Origin: Escherichia phage PJNS034
Strand: one strand, 5' to 3'
Sequence record: PP391266.1
Length of the DNA stretch: 64,000 nucleotides
Part shown: positions 1-8,463 of the stretch, piece after piece
How the letters are laid out: every line of letters starts with the position of its first letter
Numbering within the stretch: position 1 is the stretch's first letter
Made by a program: the position numbers and the translations under genes
The notes under the pieces: generated by a model
Told to the model about the DNA's origin: nothing
The model's database searches: none
What the model saw: only the letters and a program-made list of their open reading frames with translations

Positions 1-54
1 CGTAAAGATGTAAAAGGTAATGGCGGTTACTACGAACACAAAGATGAAATCAGC

Positions 55-267
55 ATGGGTAAATCTACTGCTTATTATCACAGTGACATGCCTTCTCGTG
101 GAGGCCGCTGGAGAATGACCGGCCCTGCTAAGGAGGACGAAAAGGTAACTCGTCGCAACTACATGCACAACGTCAATGCTCGTGATTTGTTGGATGAAGA
201 TGTTGACCTTGTTAATTGTGATAAGGTTTCTCGGAAACAAACCAACAAACACTATGCCCATTACTAA
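55..267 (+). CDS. hypothetical protein (70 aa)
   Basis: ORF-track ORF, co-oriented and tightly spaced with downstream early genes; no recognisable motif. Confidence 0.3.
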   Translation: MGKSTAYYHSDMPSRGGRWRMTGPAKEDEKVTRRNYMHNVNARDLLDEDVDLVNCDKVSRKQTNKHYAHY

Positions 268-313
268 AATCAAGGCTGGCTGAAAAGCTGGCCTTTCTTG
301 TCTCTGAGGTATT

Positions 314-511
314 ATGAAAGTCAGCATTGATTATATTATACGTTCTGCCATTCTTAAACATGGTGAACGGAAGTGGGCTTTGCTAGAAATCCAGCATAGC
401 TTAGGTGTCAGTCGAACTCGTGCAAAAGAACTCTTCTTTGCTTTTACCTATCATGCAAATGAAGAAAACTTACAACGTATTGCTCGTGGTGAAAAGGTAG
501 GTAAAATTTGA
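314..511 (+). CDS. hypothetical protein (65 aa)
   Basis: ORF-track ORF; its end overlaps the next ORF start at 508. Confidence 0.3.
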   Translation: MKVSIDYIIRSAILKHGERKWALLEIQHSLGVSRTRAKELFFAFTYHANEENLQRIARGEKVGKI

Positions 512-759
512 GTATACAACGCATTATCGGTGAACTTGAAGATATCGAAGTTCGCATGGATTCTCTTGAAACAGAGAATGCTGAGTTACGTGATGAACTT
601 AACCGTCTCGCTGAAGAACGTGATGAAGCTATCGAGGAGCGTGATGAAGCATTAGAGCAACTGGAAGTCGTAAACGACGCTCTTGCTCAGGGTGCAGATA
701 TCATTGCTCGTCAAAACGACGTGATTCGTGAATTAGAAAACGAACTCCAAGGAAGTTAA
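508..759 (+). CDS. hypothetical acidic coiled-coil protein (83 aa)
   Basis: ORF-track ORF rich in E/L/R heptad-like sequence (ELRDELNRLAEERDEAIEERDEALEQLE); start codon read as TTG. Confidence 0.3.
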   Translation: MSIQRIIGELEDIEVRMDSLETENAELRDELNRLAEERDEAIEERDEALEQLEVVNDALAQGADIIARQNDVIRELENELQGS

Positions 760-760
760 T

Positions 761-2446
761 TTGGCAAATATTTGGACAACTCCGCTCGCTTTGGAAGCGA
801 AGATAGCAAACATTATCTCCAATCAAGGGAAACATGGTGTTAACTTCAACAAGGCCAAAGCAGCGTTCGGTGTGTTTGTTCTTGCAGAGAAGATTATAAA
901 CATCGACAAAGAGCTTGTCCCTATGCTTCCCATGATGATGCACGTGGGCACTGAATATAAGGCTCCATTCAAAGCGAATGGCGACTTTAAGGTGTTTGTG
1001 CAGAAATATGCGGATAAGGTAGGGTTAAGTCGTTGCGATGTTGGTGGGCCGTTTACAGCGGTTCATTTCACACCATTTGACCCTTCCAAGACTGACCGCA
1101 TGAAGCACGTCATGGCTGACGCTGGATGGGTTCCGGCAGTTTGGAATATCAAGAAGAATCCGATTCAAGAGTTGGATGGTCTTGGTTATATAGAGCGTCA
1201 GAATGCGGAAGCATTGCTTCTTGATAAGTATATCGAGAAGAACATCTTAGGTCATGGTGCTGCATGGACTGAGTTGATGTTGAAAGAGCTTAAATTCCGT
1301 GGACAGCGGAAGATTAGTAAGCTCAAAGAACACATCAGAAAGGCTCGTTATTGGCCTACTTCACCGAAGATTACACCAGATGAAGACAAGTTCGTTGGTG
1401 ATTCAAGAATCGGTGAATTAATTCAATCTCGTATGGTATGGTCACATCGTCGGTCATTACTTGAAGGATTGATTAAACTTGTCAGACCAGATGGGAAGAT
1501 TAGCGCTGATGCAAACAGTTGTGCAACACCCACTGCTCGTATGCGGCATCGTGGTGTGGTCAACATTCCTGCCGCTCGTGCTCCTTTTGGTTATTGGTGC
1601 CGAAGTCTTTTCATGGGAGACTATGACAAGACGGTTAAGAAAGGTTCTGTGTTCTATCCGTTTGGTAAGGAATTGCCAGAAGGATTAAGACGTAAACCGG
1701 GCACAAACATTGTCGAGGAATACGACAAGAAGAAAGATAAATGGAAACACGCTGGTAAATATCGGAAGTTTGTTCCAGCGGGTCAACATATCTTTGTTGG
1801 TTATGATGGTGCAGGTCTTGAACTTCGTATGTTGGCTCACTATGTTGGTGATGAAAACTTTACGAACCAGATTCTTCACGGTGATATTCATAGCCACAAC
1901 CAGTCACTTGCTGGTCTTCCAACTCGTGATAACGCAAAGACGTTTATCTACGCATTCCTGTATGGTGCAGGTGATGCGAAAATCGGTTCTATCATCGGTG
2001 GTACTGCTGATGATGGTGCAGAAATCAAAGCTCGATTCATGAAATCACTTCCGAAACTTGCAGCACTGATTGAGCGTGTTCAACAGATTGCAGGAACTGA
2101 TGGTTATGTCGAAGCGATTGATGGTCGTCGTTTGTATCTTCGTAAAGGTACGAATGGTAAGTATCAGACTCACAAAGCATTGAACGTCTTGTTACAAGGT
2201 GCAGGTGCAATTGTCATGAAGTATGCGATGGCTTGGTTGGATTCTCAGATTAAGAAACAAGGTCTGAGGGCTTACAAGGTTATCGACATGCACGATGAAG
2301 GGCAATTCTCAGTGCATCCTGATGATGTTCCAGCGGTTCGTGAACTGATGGAAAGTTGTGTTAAATGGGCTGGTGAGTTCTTGAAAATGAACTGTCCACT
2401 GGCATCCGATTCAATTGTTGGTCATGACTGGTTTGACACGCATTGA
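761..2446 (+). CDS. DNA polymerase, family A, polymerase domain only (T7 gp5-like C-terminal part)
   Basis: Motif A-like YDGAGLELRMLAHY, motif B-like RDNAKTFIYAFLYGAGDAKIG, motif C-like HDEGQF; strong resemblance by recall to T7 gp5 around these motifs; no 3'-5' exonuclease motifs in this ORF; ORF-track start reads as TTG, first ATG is at codon 55. Confidence 0.85.
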   Translation: MANIWTTPLALEAKIANIISNQGKHGVNFNKAKAAFGVFVLAEKIINIDKELVPMLPMMMHVGTEYKAPFKANGDFKVFVQKYADKVGLSRCDVGGPFTAVHFTPFDPSKTDRMKHVMADAGWVPAVWNIKKNPIQELDGLGYIERQNAEALLLDKYIEKNILGHGAAWTELMLKELKFRGQRKISKLKEHIRKARYWPTSPKITPDEDKFVGDSRIGELIQSRMVWSHRRSLLEGLIKLVRPDGKISADANSCATPTARMRHRGVVNIPAARAPFGYWCRSLFMGDYDKTVKKGSVFYPFGKELPEGLRRKPGTNIVEEYDKKKDKWKHAGKYRKFVPAGQHIFVGYDGAGLELRMLAHYVGDENFTNQILHGDIHSHNQSLAGLPTRDNAKTFIYAFLYGAGDAKIGSIIGGTADDGAEIKARFMKSLPKLAALIERVQQIAGTDGYVEAIDGRRLYLRKGTNGKYQTHKALNVLLQGAGAIVMKYAMAWLDSQIKKQGLRAYKVIDMHDEGQFSVHPDDVPAVRELMESCVKWAGEFLKMNCPLASDSIVGHDWFDTH

Positions 2447-2862
2447 TTCACCCTAATCATTTTAAAGGTGCGGCATCTGAAATGAAGGCTGCTGCACACT
2501 TCCTATCGAAAGGTTACGAAGTATTCTTTCCAGCTATCACACAAAGTGCGGCTGACTTCGTTGTAAAAAGTGAAAGGGGTTATGAAGGTGTTCAAGTCAA
2601 ATCTGCAACACCTTTGAAGTCTGGTGAGGCGAACTACCTCCAAATACGACTACAAGGGAAACCTACTCCATATGCTACCCACAACTATTTAGAAGGTGAT
2701 TTCGAACATCTGGTAGTGGTTTATGGTGATATGATGTGGGACTTTCCGTGGGAATTAGTCAAAGACAAAACATCAATGACCTTCGGACGCCTGAATGAAG
2801 ATGGAACGATATCTACATCAGGGCGAGGTGGTTATAACCCAGAGGATTACAGACTACGATGA
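2443..2862 (+). CDS. hypothetical protein, possible PD-(D/E)xK nuclease fold
   Basis: ORF overlapping the polymerase stop; segment AADFVVKSERGYEGVQVKS resembles a D...E-x-K nuclease core; weak. Confidence 0.3.
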   Translation: MIHPNHFKGAASEMKAAAHFLSKGYEVFFPAITQSAADFVVKSERGYEGVQVKSATPLKSGEANYLQIRLQGKPTPYATHNYLEGDFEHLVVVYGDMMWDFPWELVKDKTSMTFGRLNEDGTISTSGRGGYNPEDYRLR

Positions 2863-3050
2863 TTCGTGTATACTATATGACTCGTGACTGTGGCGACGGT
2901 ACTTCCGTCGTCGATTTCTTCACTGACTTAGCATTTGCTGAGAGCCTTCGTGAAAACGACGAAGAGTTCTTCATGAACGAAAGCATTGATTACTTTGATG
3001 TTCCTGCTCTCGGTACTATCTCTATCTCAACTCCCAAGGATTATGAATAA
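2859..3050 (+). CDS. hypothetical protein (63 aa)
   Basis: ORF-track ORF with start/stop overlap to neighbours. Confidence 0.25.
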   Translation: MIRVYYMTRDCGDGTSVVDFFTDLAFAESLRENDEEFFMNESIDYFDVPALGTISISTPKDYE

Positions 3051-3304
3051 TGTCTCACTTATCTACTCAGAAAACTCTCAAATGGTCTGTAGCCTATCAG
3101 ATTGATACTTCTAAAGCTGTGACACACAGCCTCTTCAATACTCGTGAGGAGGCTCGTGAGCATAAGCGTGGTATGCAGAAGCTGTTAGCTGGTATGCCTA
3201 ACCAGAAGAATCACAAAGTCTGGCTGGAGCGTCATGAGACTGTGTACGACTTCAAAGATGGCAAACGCCACTTCACTATCACCAACGTATCTCGTATTCG
3301 CTAA
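3050..3304 (+). CDS. hypothetical protein (84 aa)
   Basis: ORF-track ORF, operon-like packing. Confidence 0.3.
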   Translation: MSHLSTQKTLKWSVAYQIDTSKAVTHSLFNTREEAREHKRGMQKLLAGMPNQKNHKVWLERHETVYDFKDGKRHFTITNVSRIR

Positions 3305-3597
3305 TGCAAAAGGAAACTACTGTGACGAACCCTATTAAACTGGAAGACGATGCAATCGCTGTTGTGGCATTCTCTGGCAAAGTTATCAAGAAGTCCTTCG
3401 AAGACCTTGACCGACTGATTCCTGACGATGCTGTAGTATCTAACGAGCTTGTGGAGTTCATGAGCACTATGTGGGCAATCATCGAGAAAGGTGTTGAACC
3501 AGTGACACCTGAAATGATTGCTGAAATGGAGGCTGAGGAAGGTGAGATTCAGCCAGACGACCGTTCTGCAATTGAGGGAGAACGTAAAGATGGGTAA
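3304..3597 (+). CDS. hypothetical acidic protein (97 aa)
   Basis: ORF-track ORF, start overlaps previous stop. Confidence 0.3.
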   Translation: MQKETTVTNPIKLEDDAIAVVAFSGKVIKKSFEDLDRLIPDDAVVSNELVEFMSTMWAIIEKGVEPVTPEMIAEMEAEEGEIQPDDRSAIEGERKDG

Positions 3598-3723
3598 ATT
3601 CTTCCTGAAACTGGTTAAGATTTTCAACATGATGGTTGATATCTTTGTCCTGTATGTTCTGCTGTTTGGTCATATGTCAGCGAACATCGGTGGTAAACTT
3701 TACGAATTTAATGGACTGTTCCT

Positions 3724-4047
3724 ATGATTCTATCTGGCACTGTAAATCTTCAAACTGTTAACACTGAGAAGTTAGTAGAAATTGGTGAAGCTGTCTGCAT
3801 CGCTATGGAGCAACGTAAGCAGCTCCTACGCAAGAAGTTCCGAAAGCATGGTAAGGATGCCCTTACTGACTTTGAACTCCGCCTGATTGACGAGGCGCAC
3901 GATTTGGGCACAGACTTCAACGAAGCACTGACTCTTGAATCAAAACGACACGATGAACAACTTGAATCTGACTTCGCTGCTATGAACGCTGCTGATAACG
4001 TCGGTTCAGAAACATTAAAACTGTTAGACATTCCAGCAGAACGATGA
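3724..4047 (+). CDS. hypothetical protein (107 aa)
   Basis: ORF-track ORF. Confidence 0.3.
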   Translation: MILSGTVNLQTVNTEKLVEIGEAVCIAMEQRKQLLRKKFRKHGKDALTDFELRLIDEAHDLGTDFNEALTLESKRHDEQLESDFAAMNAADNVGSETLKLLDIPAER

Positions 4048-4074
4048 TACTCTAGGGCTTCCCGTTAGGGGAGA

Positions 4075-4130
4075 GTAAGAAATAATATAAGGAATATTAG
4101 TAAGATATAATATTCCTTAATATTACTCCT
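4075..4130. repeat. AT-rich palindromic element (aaggaatatta / taatattcctt) with TAAGAAATAATATAAG core
   Basis: 11-bp inverted arms separated by 8 nt, immediately upstream of 4141. Confidence 0.5.
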
Positions 4131-4140
4131 GAGGTGACTC

Positions 4141-4335
4141 ATGCTTGACTCAAAATGTTCACTATGCGGTTGCACTGGTATTCATGCCTGTATGGGCAAG
4201 CCTTTAAGTGATGGTGTTATCTATTCAACTTACGGTAACACCGAAGTTAGAAAGTTAGCCGCGAAAGAGATTCAAGAAATCCAAGAATTATTGGAAAAGA
4301 TTGTTGACACACAACCCAATAACTTGGTATCTTAA
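4141..4335 (+). CDS. hypothetical small Cys-rich protein (64 aa)
   Basis: ATG at 4141 preceded by GAGG; CSLCGC...HAC cluster; sits just upstream of the tRNA array. Confidence 0.3.
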   Translation: MLDSKCSLCGCTGIHACMGKPLSDGVIYSTYGNTEVRKLAAKEIQEIQELLEKIVDTQPNNLVS

Positions 4336-4422
4336 ATACATGGGGTGAGCAATCACCTCTTCCAGAAGTAGTTGGTGTCCACTGTCCCACAAGGGCTGAA
4401 ACGGAACAGAACTTCTGGGTAT

Positions 4423-4500
4423 CTTGATGTAGCTCAGTTTGGTAGCAGCACTTGCTTTGGGAGCAAGGGGTCGAAGGTTCGAATCCTTCCATCAAGACCA
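4423..4500 (+). tRNA. tRNA-Pro (anticodon TGG), CCA encoded
   Basis: Hand-folded cloverleaf: acceptor cttgatg/catcaag, anticodon stem cttgc/gcaag with loop tttggga, T-arm gaagg-ttcgaat-ccttc; D-stem only 3 bp. Confidence 0.7.
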
Positions 4501-4501
4501 A

Positions 4502-4583
4502 GTGGGATTGGCTGAGTGGTCGAAAGCACCTGACTGTAAATCAGGCATATCACGCGGTGGTTCGAATCCATCATCCCACACCA
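4502..4583 (+). tRNA. tRNA-Tyr (anticodon GTA), CCA encoded
   Basis: Acceptor gtgggat/atcccac, anticodon stem cctga/tcagg with loop ctgtaaa, extended variable region, T-arm ggtgg-ttcgaat-ccatc. Confidence 0.65.
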
Positions 4584-4585
4584 AA

Positions 4586-4662
4586 GCGTCACTAACTCAA
4601 TTGGTTAGAGTAGCGGTCTTTTAAACCGCAGGTTCTGAGTTCGAGTCTCAGGTGGCGTACCA
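4586..4662 (+). tRNA. tRNA-Lys (anticodon TTT), CCA encoded
   Basis: Acceptor gcgtcac/gtggcgt (two G-U pairs), D-arm actc...gagt, anticodon stem gcggt/accgc with loop cttttaa, T-arm ctgag-ttcgagt-ctcag. Confidence 0.8.
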
Positions 4663-4664
4663 AA

Positions 4665-4754
4665 GGAAGTTAGGGCTTTGTGGAAAGCAATCGGTCTTGA
4701 AAACCGACCCACTGTAGCGATATGGTGATGGTTCGACTCCATTAGCTTCCTCCA
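4665..4754 (+). tRNA. tRNA-Ser (anticodon TGA), type II, CCA encoded
   Basis: Acceptor ggaagtt/agcttcc, anticodon stem tcggt/accga with loop cttgaaa, long variable arm, T-loop ttcgact. Confidence 0.75.
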
Positions 4755-4756
4755 AT

Positions 4757-4833
4757 TGTTTCGTAGCTCAGTTGGTAAGAGCGTTCGGCTGATAACCGAA
4801 AGGTCACAAGTTCGAGTCTTGTCGAAACAACCA
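4757..4833 (+). tRNA. tRNA-Ile (anticodon GAT), CCA encoded
   Basis: Canonical cloverleaf: acceptor tgtttcg/cgaaaca, D-arm gctc-agttggtaa-gagc, anticodon stem ttcgg/ccgaa with loop ctgataa, T-arm acaag-ttcgagt-cttgt. Confidence 0.85.
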
Positions 4834-4836
4834 AAT

Positions 4837-4925
4837 GACGGGTTGGCAGAGTTGGTTTATTGCAGCAGCTTGCTAAGTTGCCGAGTCGAAAGGCTCCGTG
4901 GGTTCGAATCCCACACCCGACGCCA
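4837..4925 (+). tRNA. tRNA-Ser (anticodon GCT), type II, CCA encoded
   Basis: Anticodon stem gcagc/gttgc with loop ttgctaa, 16-nt variable arm, T-arm gtggg-ttcgaat-cccac; acceptor has one A-A mismatch as read. Confidence 0.6.
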
Positions 4926-4926
4926 A

Positions 4927-5002
4927 GGACGATAAGCACATGTGGATGTGCGGCAGGCTGTTAACCTGATGGCAGTTGGTTCGAATCCAACATCGTCCGC
5001 CA
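4927..5002 (+). tRNA. tRNA-Asn (anticodon GTT), CCA encoded
   Basis: Acceptor ggacgat/atcgtcc, D-arm gcac...gtgc, anticodon loop ctgttaa, T-arm gttgg-ttcgaat-ccaac. Confidence 0.75.
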
Positions 5003-5004
5003 AT

Positions 5005-5079
5005 AGCGAGATAGTTCAGTGGTAGAATATCGGTTTCATACGCCGACCGTCGATGGTTCGATTCCATCTCTCGCTACCA
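5005..5079 (+). tRNA. tRNA with CAT anticodon (elongator Met or Ile2 type), CCA encoded
   Basis: Acceptor agcgaga/tctcgct fully paired at 1:72 (not initiator-like), anticodon stem tcggt/gccga with loop ttcatac, T-arm gatgg-ttcgatt-ccatc. Confidence 0.75.
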
Positions 5080-5095
5080 AACCTCTTTATCCGAT

Positions 5096-5167
5096 GGGAG
5101 TGTCCTTCTGGGAAGGATGTGGATTCCAACCCCACTAAGTAGAGTTCGATTCTTTACACTCCCGCCA
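5096..5167 (+). tRNA. tRNA-like, possibly tRNA-Gly (anticodon TCC), CCA encoded
   Basis: Acceptor gggagtg/cactccc and T-arm tagag-ttcgatt-cttta fold well; D-loop very short and one mismatch in the anticodon stem. Confidence 0.45.
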
Positions 5168-5174
5168 AATCCCT

Positions 5175-5251
5175 AGCCTTGTAGTGTAGTCTGGTTAGCA
5201 CACGTGACTTTGACTCACGGAGCTTAGGTTCGAATCCTGACAGGGCTGCCA
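5175..5251 (+). tRNA. tRNA-Gln (anticodon TTG), CCA encoded
   Basis: Acceptor agccttg/cagggct, D-arm gtgt...gcac, anticodon stem cgtga/tcacg with loop ctttgac, T-arm ttagg-ttcgaat-cctga. Confidence 0.8.
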
Positions 5252-5267
5252 ATAAGAGGTAATATCA

Positions 5268-5558
5268 ATGTCTGTTCGTTGTTGGAATGCCGCTGGAAAG
5301 CTGGTAGCAGATGTTGGTGACTACAATGTCCGATACTTAGGACGTCAGACGATTACTTACCCTGCGAAAGCTGCTTCAGCAAGAGGCAACTTAGCGGGGT
5401 TAACTGCATCTGGCTCCTTTGGAGTCATTGTGGGAGCCAGTCAAGGTGCCTTTAATGATTATGTAGTAAAGGCAGTTAACGGTGGGTATGAAGTTCTGGC
5501 TAACAGGACAATCTACCAAAATACGACACTTACAGTGGATTTATATAGCTTCGTATGA
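5268..5558 (+). CDS. hypothetical protein (96 aa)
   Basis: ATG at 5268 preceded by AAGAGG; no recognisable motif. Confidence 0.35.
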   Translation: MSVRCWNAAGKLVADVGDYNVRYLGRQTITYPAKAASARGNLAGLTASGSFGVIVGASQGAFNDYVVKAVNGGYEVLANRTIYQNTTLTVDLYSFV

Positions 5559-6220
5559 GTACCATTCAACTTCGTAATTCAGCAGGTGCGATAACGGTAG
5601 ACTCAGATAACAAGGCTGCCCACTACCGTGACCACGTAGCCATGACCACTATTACTGACCGAGGGTATTATGTTTTACCCAATAAGTTAGGTGGTACTGG
5701 TGATATGGGTTATCCTGCAAGGAATCAGCAATTTAAAGCTGATGATAACCTTCAATGGTTCCGATTCAATAACAATGCCAAAGCAATGTTCTGCATCAAC
5801 CAATACCTTGGTGGTGGCTTAGTTACACAGAATGCTGGAGTGATGGCTCGTACACACTTCAACCTTCCGGTAGCTAAAGGCTATATCAACATCTGGAATG
5901 CTCAAGGTCAGTTGATTTGGTCAGATGCTCAGGCAGCGAAGATTCCACGTATTGTGGGCTTCTTCACAATTCCTCCAAACTTTGACTTAGACAACAACGT
6001 GTACTCCCAAAACATTGGTCTGGACAAGTTCATTCTTGCCAGTATGTGTCCGGGTGAAATCAGTGATGATGGTACAGTAGCAGGTTGGTCAGGCTTGTTC
6101 TTTCGAATGGTAAATGGAACGCTGCAAGTGCAGTGGCTCAACAAATACCAGAAAACATGGGCGCAAACTTTTAAGGCAACAGGGATGAAAATCCCATATG
6201 CAATTTTTCCAAACTTATAG
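5555..6220 (+). CDS. hypothetical protein (221 aa)
   Basis: ORF-track ORF whose start overlaps the previous stop. Confidence 0.35.
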   Translation: MSTIQLRNSAGAITVDSDNKAAHYRDHVAMTTITDRGYYVLPNKLGGTGDMGYPARNQQFKADDNLQWFRFNNNAKAMFCINQYLGGGLVTQNAGVMARTHFNLPVAKGYINIWNAQGQLIWSDAQAAKIPRIVGFFTIPPNFDLDNNVYSQNIGLDKFILASMCPGEISDDGTVAGWSGLFFRMVNGTLQVQWLNKYQKTWAQTFKATGMKIPYAIFPNL

Positions 6221-6421
6221 TTGACGCCAAAGGTTCAATTTAGTATATTGAACTTAACAGAGATGTGTTCCCTGTTACGGCATTGCGTTCGTCATCACAG
6301 CACATCCTTCAACAAATTACCTTGGGACTTAGCCTCTACGCTTCTTCGGAACTAGAGGCTTTTCTTCCCTCATGAGGTTGTCCAAGCGACAACAAAACAA
6401 TCGACAAAGTGAGTATACATA

Positions 6422-7201
6422 ATGGCTAAGATTCCTTCTTCTCGTTCCGCTAAAGTTTCCAAAGTTCAGTACGAAGCAACCAAACCGGGTCTGTACCCTG
6501 CACGTCTGGTTCGTTTCACCGGTCTGGGCACTCAGCCTCAGCCAGAGTTCCAAGGTCAGGCTAAAGACCCTGCACCGAAAGTAGCTGTAATGTTTGAGTT
6601 GTATGACCCGCAGACAGCGAAACCTCTGGATGTTATCGGTGTGAACATCGAAACGGAAGAGAAGGTGGCACGTCCTTCTTGTGTGTTCCAAGACTACTTC
6701 CTGTTCCCAGGCGCTACTCGTGGTAAAGTCTTCGAGTTGACTCAGGCTCTGGATGCAAGCATGGAAAAAGTTCCAGATGATTTCGAATGGTTCCTGTCTC
6801 GTCTCGGTGCTCCAGTTCAGGTTCAGGTAGGCAACTACAAGAAGAAAGATGGTTCTGTTGGTGTTAAAGTTGTTTCCGTAACAGGTGTCAACTCTTTCGT
6901 TTCCAACGCAATGGAACCTGCTCGTTCTGAACTGGTTGGCTTTGACCCATACGATGATAACGTTGAGAAGTTCGAACGTGCTTATGCTCAGATGTTCCCA
7001 TTCCAGCGTACCATGCTGAAAGATGCACTGGATGCGAAACACATTCCTCTGGCTGGTACTGAACCAGTTAAGATTGACGATAACCCAGCTAACACTGAAA
7101 ACCGTCAGACTTCCAAGCCGGAAACTACTGTGACGCAAACTGGTTCTGCTCCAAGCGAACCGACTGGTAATTGGGAAGATGACGACGACCGTCCTTTCTA
7201 A
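6422..7201 (+). CDS. putative ssDNA-binding protein (acidic C-terminal tip)
   Basis: C-terminus NWEDDDDRPF resembles the acidic, aromatic-ended tip of bacterial SSB and T7 gp2.5; sits in the replication module and is followed by a strong terminator; body not recognised. Confidence 0.4.
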   Translation: MAKIPSSRSAKVSKVQYEATKPGLYPARLVRFTGLGTQPQPEFQGQAKDPAPKVAVMFELYDPQTAKPLDVIGVNIETEEKVARPSCVFQDYFLFPGATRGKVFELTQALDASMEKVPDDFEWFLSRLGAPVQVQVGNYKKKDGSVGVKVVSVTGVNSFVSNAMEPARSELVGFDPYDDNVEKFERAYAQMFPFQRTMLKDALDAKHIPLAGTEPVKIDDNPANTENRQTSKPETTVTQTGSAPSEPTGNWEDDDDRPF

Positions 7202-7210
7202 TTAAATAAT

Positions 7211-7239
7211 AACCTCGCCTTCGGGCGGGGTTTCTTTGT
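7211..7239 (+). terminator. Rho-independent terminator after 6422..7201
   Basis: Stem cctcgcc/ggcgggg with ttcg loop, followed by tttcttt. Confidence 0.6.
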
Positions 7240-7259
7240 CCCTAAATTCGAGGTAATAC

Positions 7260-7457
7260 ATGGCTGCTAAGCTGACAATTAAACGTACTGAAAAAGATAA
7301 CTTCCACATTCGCTTTGGTAACTTCGAAACTTACCTGACCTTTGTTGAACTGAGCGAAATCAGTGAACAAATTCGTGAAGTGGTAAGTGATGAAGAGTCT
7401 CGTCTGCTACAGGCAGAACTGAGCGGTTCTCTGGTTTGTGATGGTTGCACTATTTAA
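7260..7457 (+). CDS. hypothetical protein (65 aa)
   Basis: ORF-track ORF downstream of terminator, preceded by GAGG. Confidence 0.3.
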   Translation: MAAKLTIKRTEKDNFHIRFGNFETYLTFVELSEISEQIREVVSDEESRLLQAELSGSLVCDGCTI

Positions 7458-7460
7458 GGA

Positions 7461-7760
7461 ATGAAGATGGAAAAGTTAAAGATTGCAGGTTGTGGTAAAG
7501 TTCATCGTGAAGGTCGTTTCATTCACTTCGAAGTAAAACAGAAATCTCCCGGTTCTGCTTACCTGAAGGTAGTAGGCCAGATTCTGAATATCGTTGATGC
7601 TACTGGTCAGCGTGAGAACATCATCATTGACGTGAACAGTGACCACCCTGAGTTACATGCAATGCGAGCTAACTTGCATCGTATGCACCGTCATACTGGC
7701 ATCAAGGTAATGATTCGTCGTCATGGCGTACATGGCACTGTAACTGAGTTCGGGTGGTAA
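7461..7760 (+). CDS. hypothetical protein (99 aa)
   Basis: ORF-track ORF. Confidence 0.3.
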   Translation: MKMEKLKIAGCGKVHREGRFIHFEVKQKSPGSAYLKVVGQILNIVDATGQRENIIIDVNSDHPELHAMRANLHRMHRHTGIKVMIRRHGVHGTVTEFGW

Positions 7761-7761
7761 T

Positions 7762-7983
7762 ATGGAATTAGAGGTTGGTCGTCGCTATAAAGTGCTTTAC
7801 CGTAATTACAAAGGTGAATGGGCTTGGCGTAAGATTGAAGTCATTGGCTTCAACTTCAAGGTCAACACATTCCATAGCCCACAGGAGGCTCTATACTTAA
7901 CTGTGCTGGACGTAGAGCGTGAAGTAGTACGAGACTTCAAACCGTCTGACATTCGTGCTGTAACTCGCAAGGGAGCGAAATGA
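7762..7983 (+). CDS. hypothetical protein (73 aa)
   Basis: ORF-track ORF. Confidence 0.3.
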   Translation: MELEVGRRYKVLYRNYKGEWAWRKIEVIGFNFKVNTFHSPQEALYLTVLDVEREVVRDFKPSDIRAVTRKGAK

Positions 7984-8131
7984 CAGTATATGTCTTAATG
8001 GTTGAGAACCAAGTTGAAAGTGAGTGGGTGTTTGAGATGGACTCTATCTACTCCACTCACGAGAAAGCAACTGCGGCAGGGAAAGCCTTGCCAAGTGATT
8101 TTAATTTCTATGTCGAACCGATGGAGGTCGA

Positions 8132-8404
8132 ATGAGCGCATTAAATACTATGGTTGGTGGTTCACACTATCAGGCAGAAGGTGGCATTCAGCCGATTCAG
8201 TTCTACCACGCAAATCCACAGTTGAACTTTCAACAGTGTAATATGATTAAGTATGCTTTCCGTCACAAAGATAAGAACGGTTTGCAGGACTTACTCAAGG
8301 TTGTGCATTATGCCATGCTGGAGGCAGAGTTCCATTATCCGAAAGAAGATGTTGAGAAGTGGAAGTTACAGGTAGCGAATCTGATTGACCCACCTGCTTT
8401 TTGA
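8132..8404 (+). CDS. hypothetical protein (90 aa)
   Basis: ORF-track ORF. Confidence 0.3.
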   Translation: MSALNTMVGGSHYQAEGGIQPIQFYHANPQLNFQQCNMIKYAFRHKDKNGLQDLLKVVHYAMLEAEFHYPKEDVEKWKLQVANLIDPPAF

Positions 8405-8463
8405 TGTTACATTGGCTTTATTGATTCAGAACAATTTTAATTTCCATTCCAAGGTGGCAATAC

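Noticed and set aside
4336-4422. Possible additional tRNA or pseudo-tRNA upstream of tRNA-Pro
   Set aside because: Has local hairpins (ggtga-gcaa-tcacc; ccagaagt...acttctgg) but no acceptor/T-arm geometry; more likely a leader or processing structure.
4423-5251. CRISPR-like periodic repeats (recurrent ggttcgaatcc)
   Set aside because: The periodic motif is the T-loop of consecutive tRNA genes; spacing ~75-90 nt and cloverleaf folds fit tRNAs, not a CRISPR array.
6329-7138. 269-aa minus-strand ORF
   Set aside because: Lies entirely antisense to the well-supported plus-strand gene 6422..7201, within a uniformly plus-strand block; sequence is Cys/Phe/Arg-rich noise typical of shadow ORFs.
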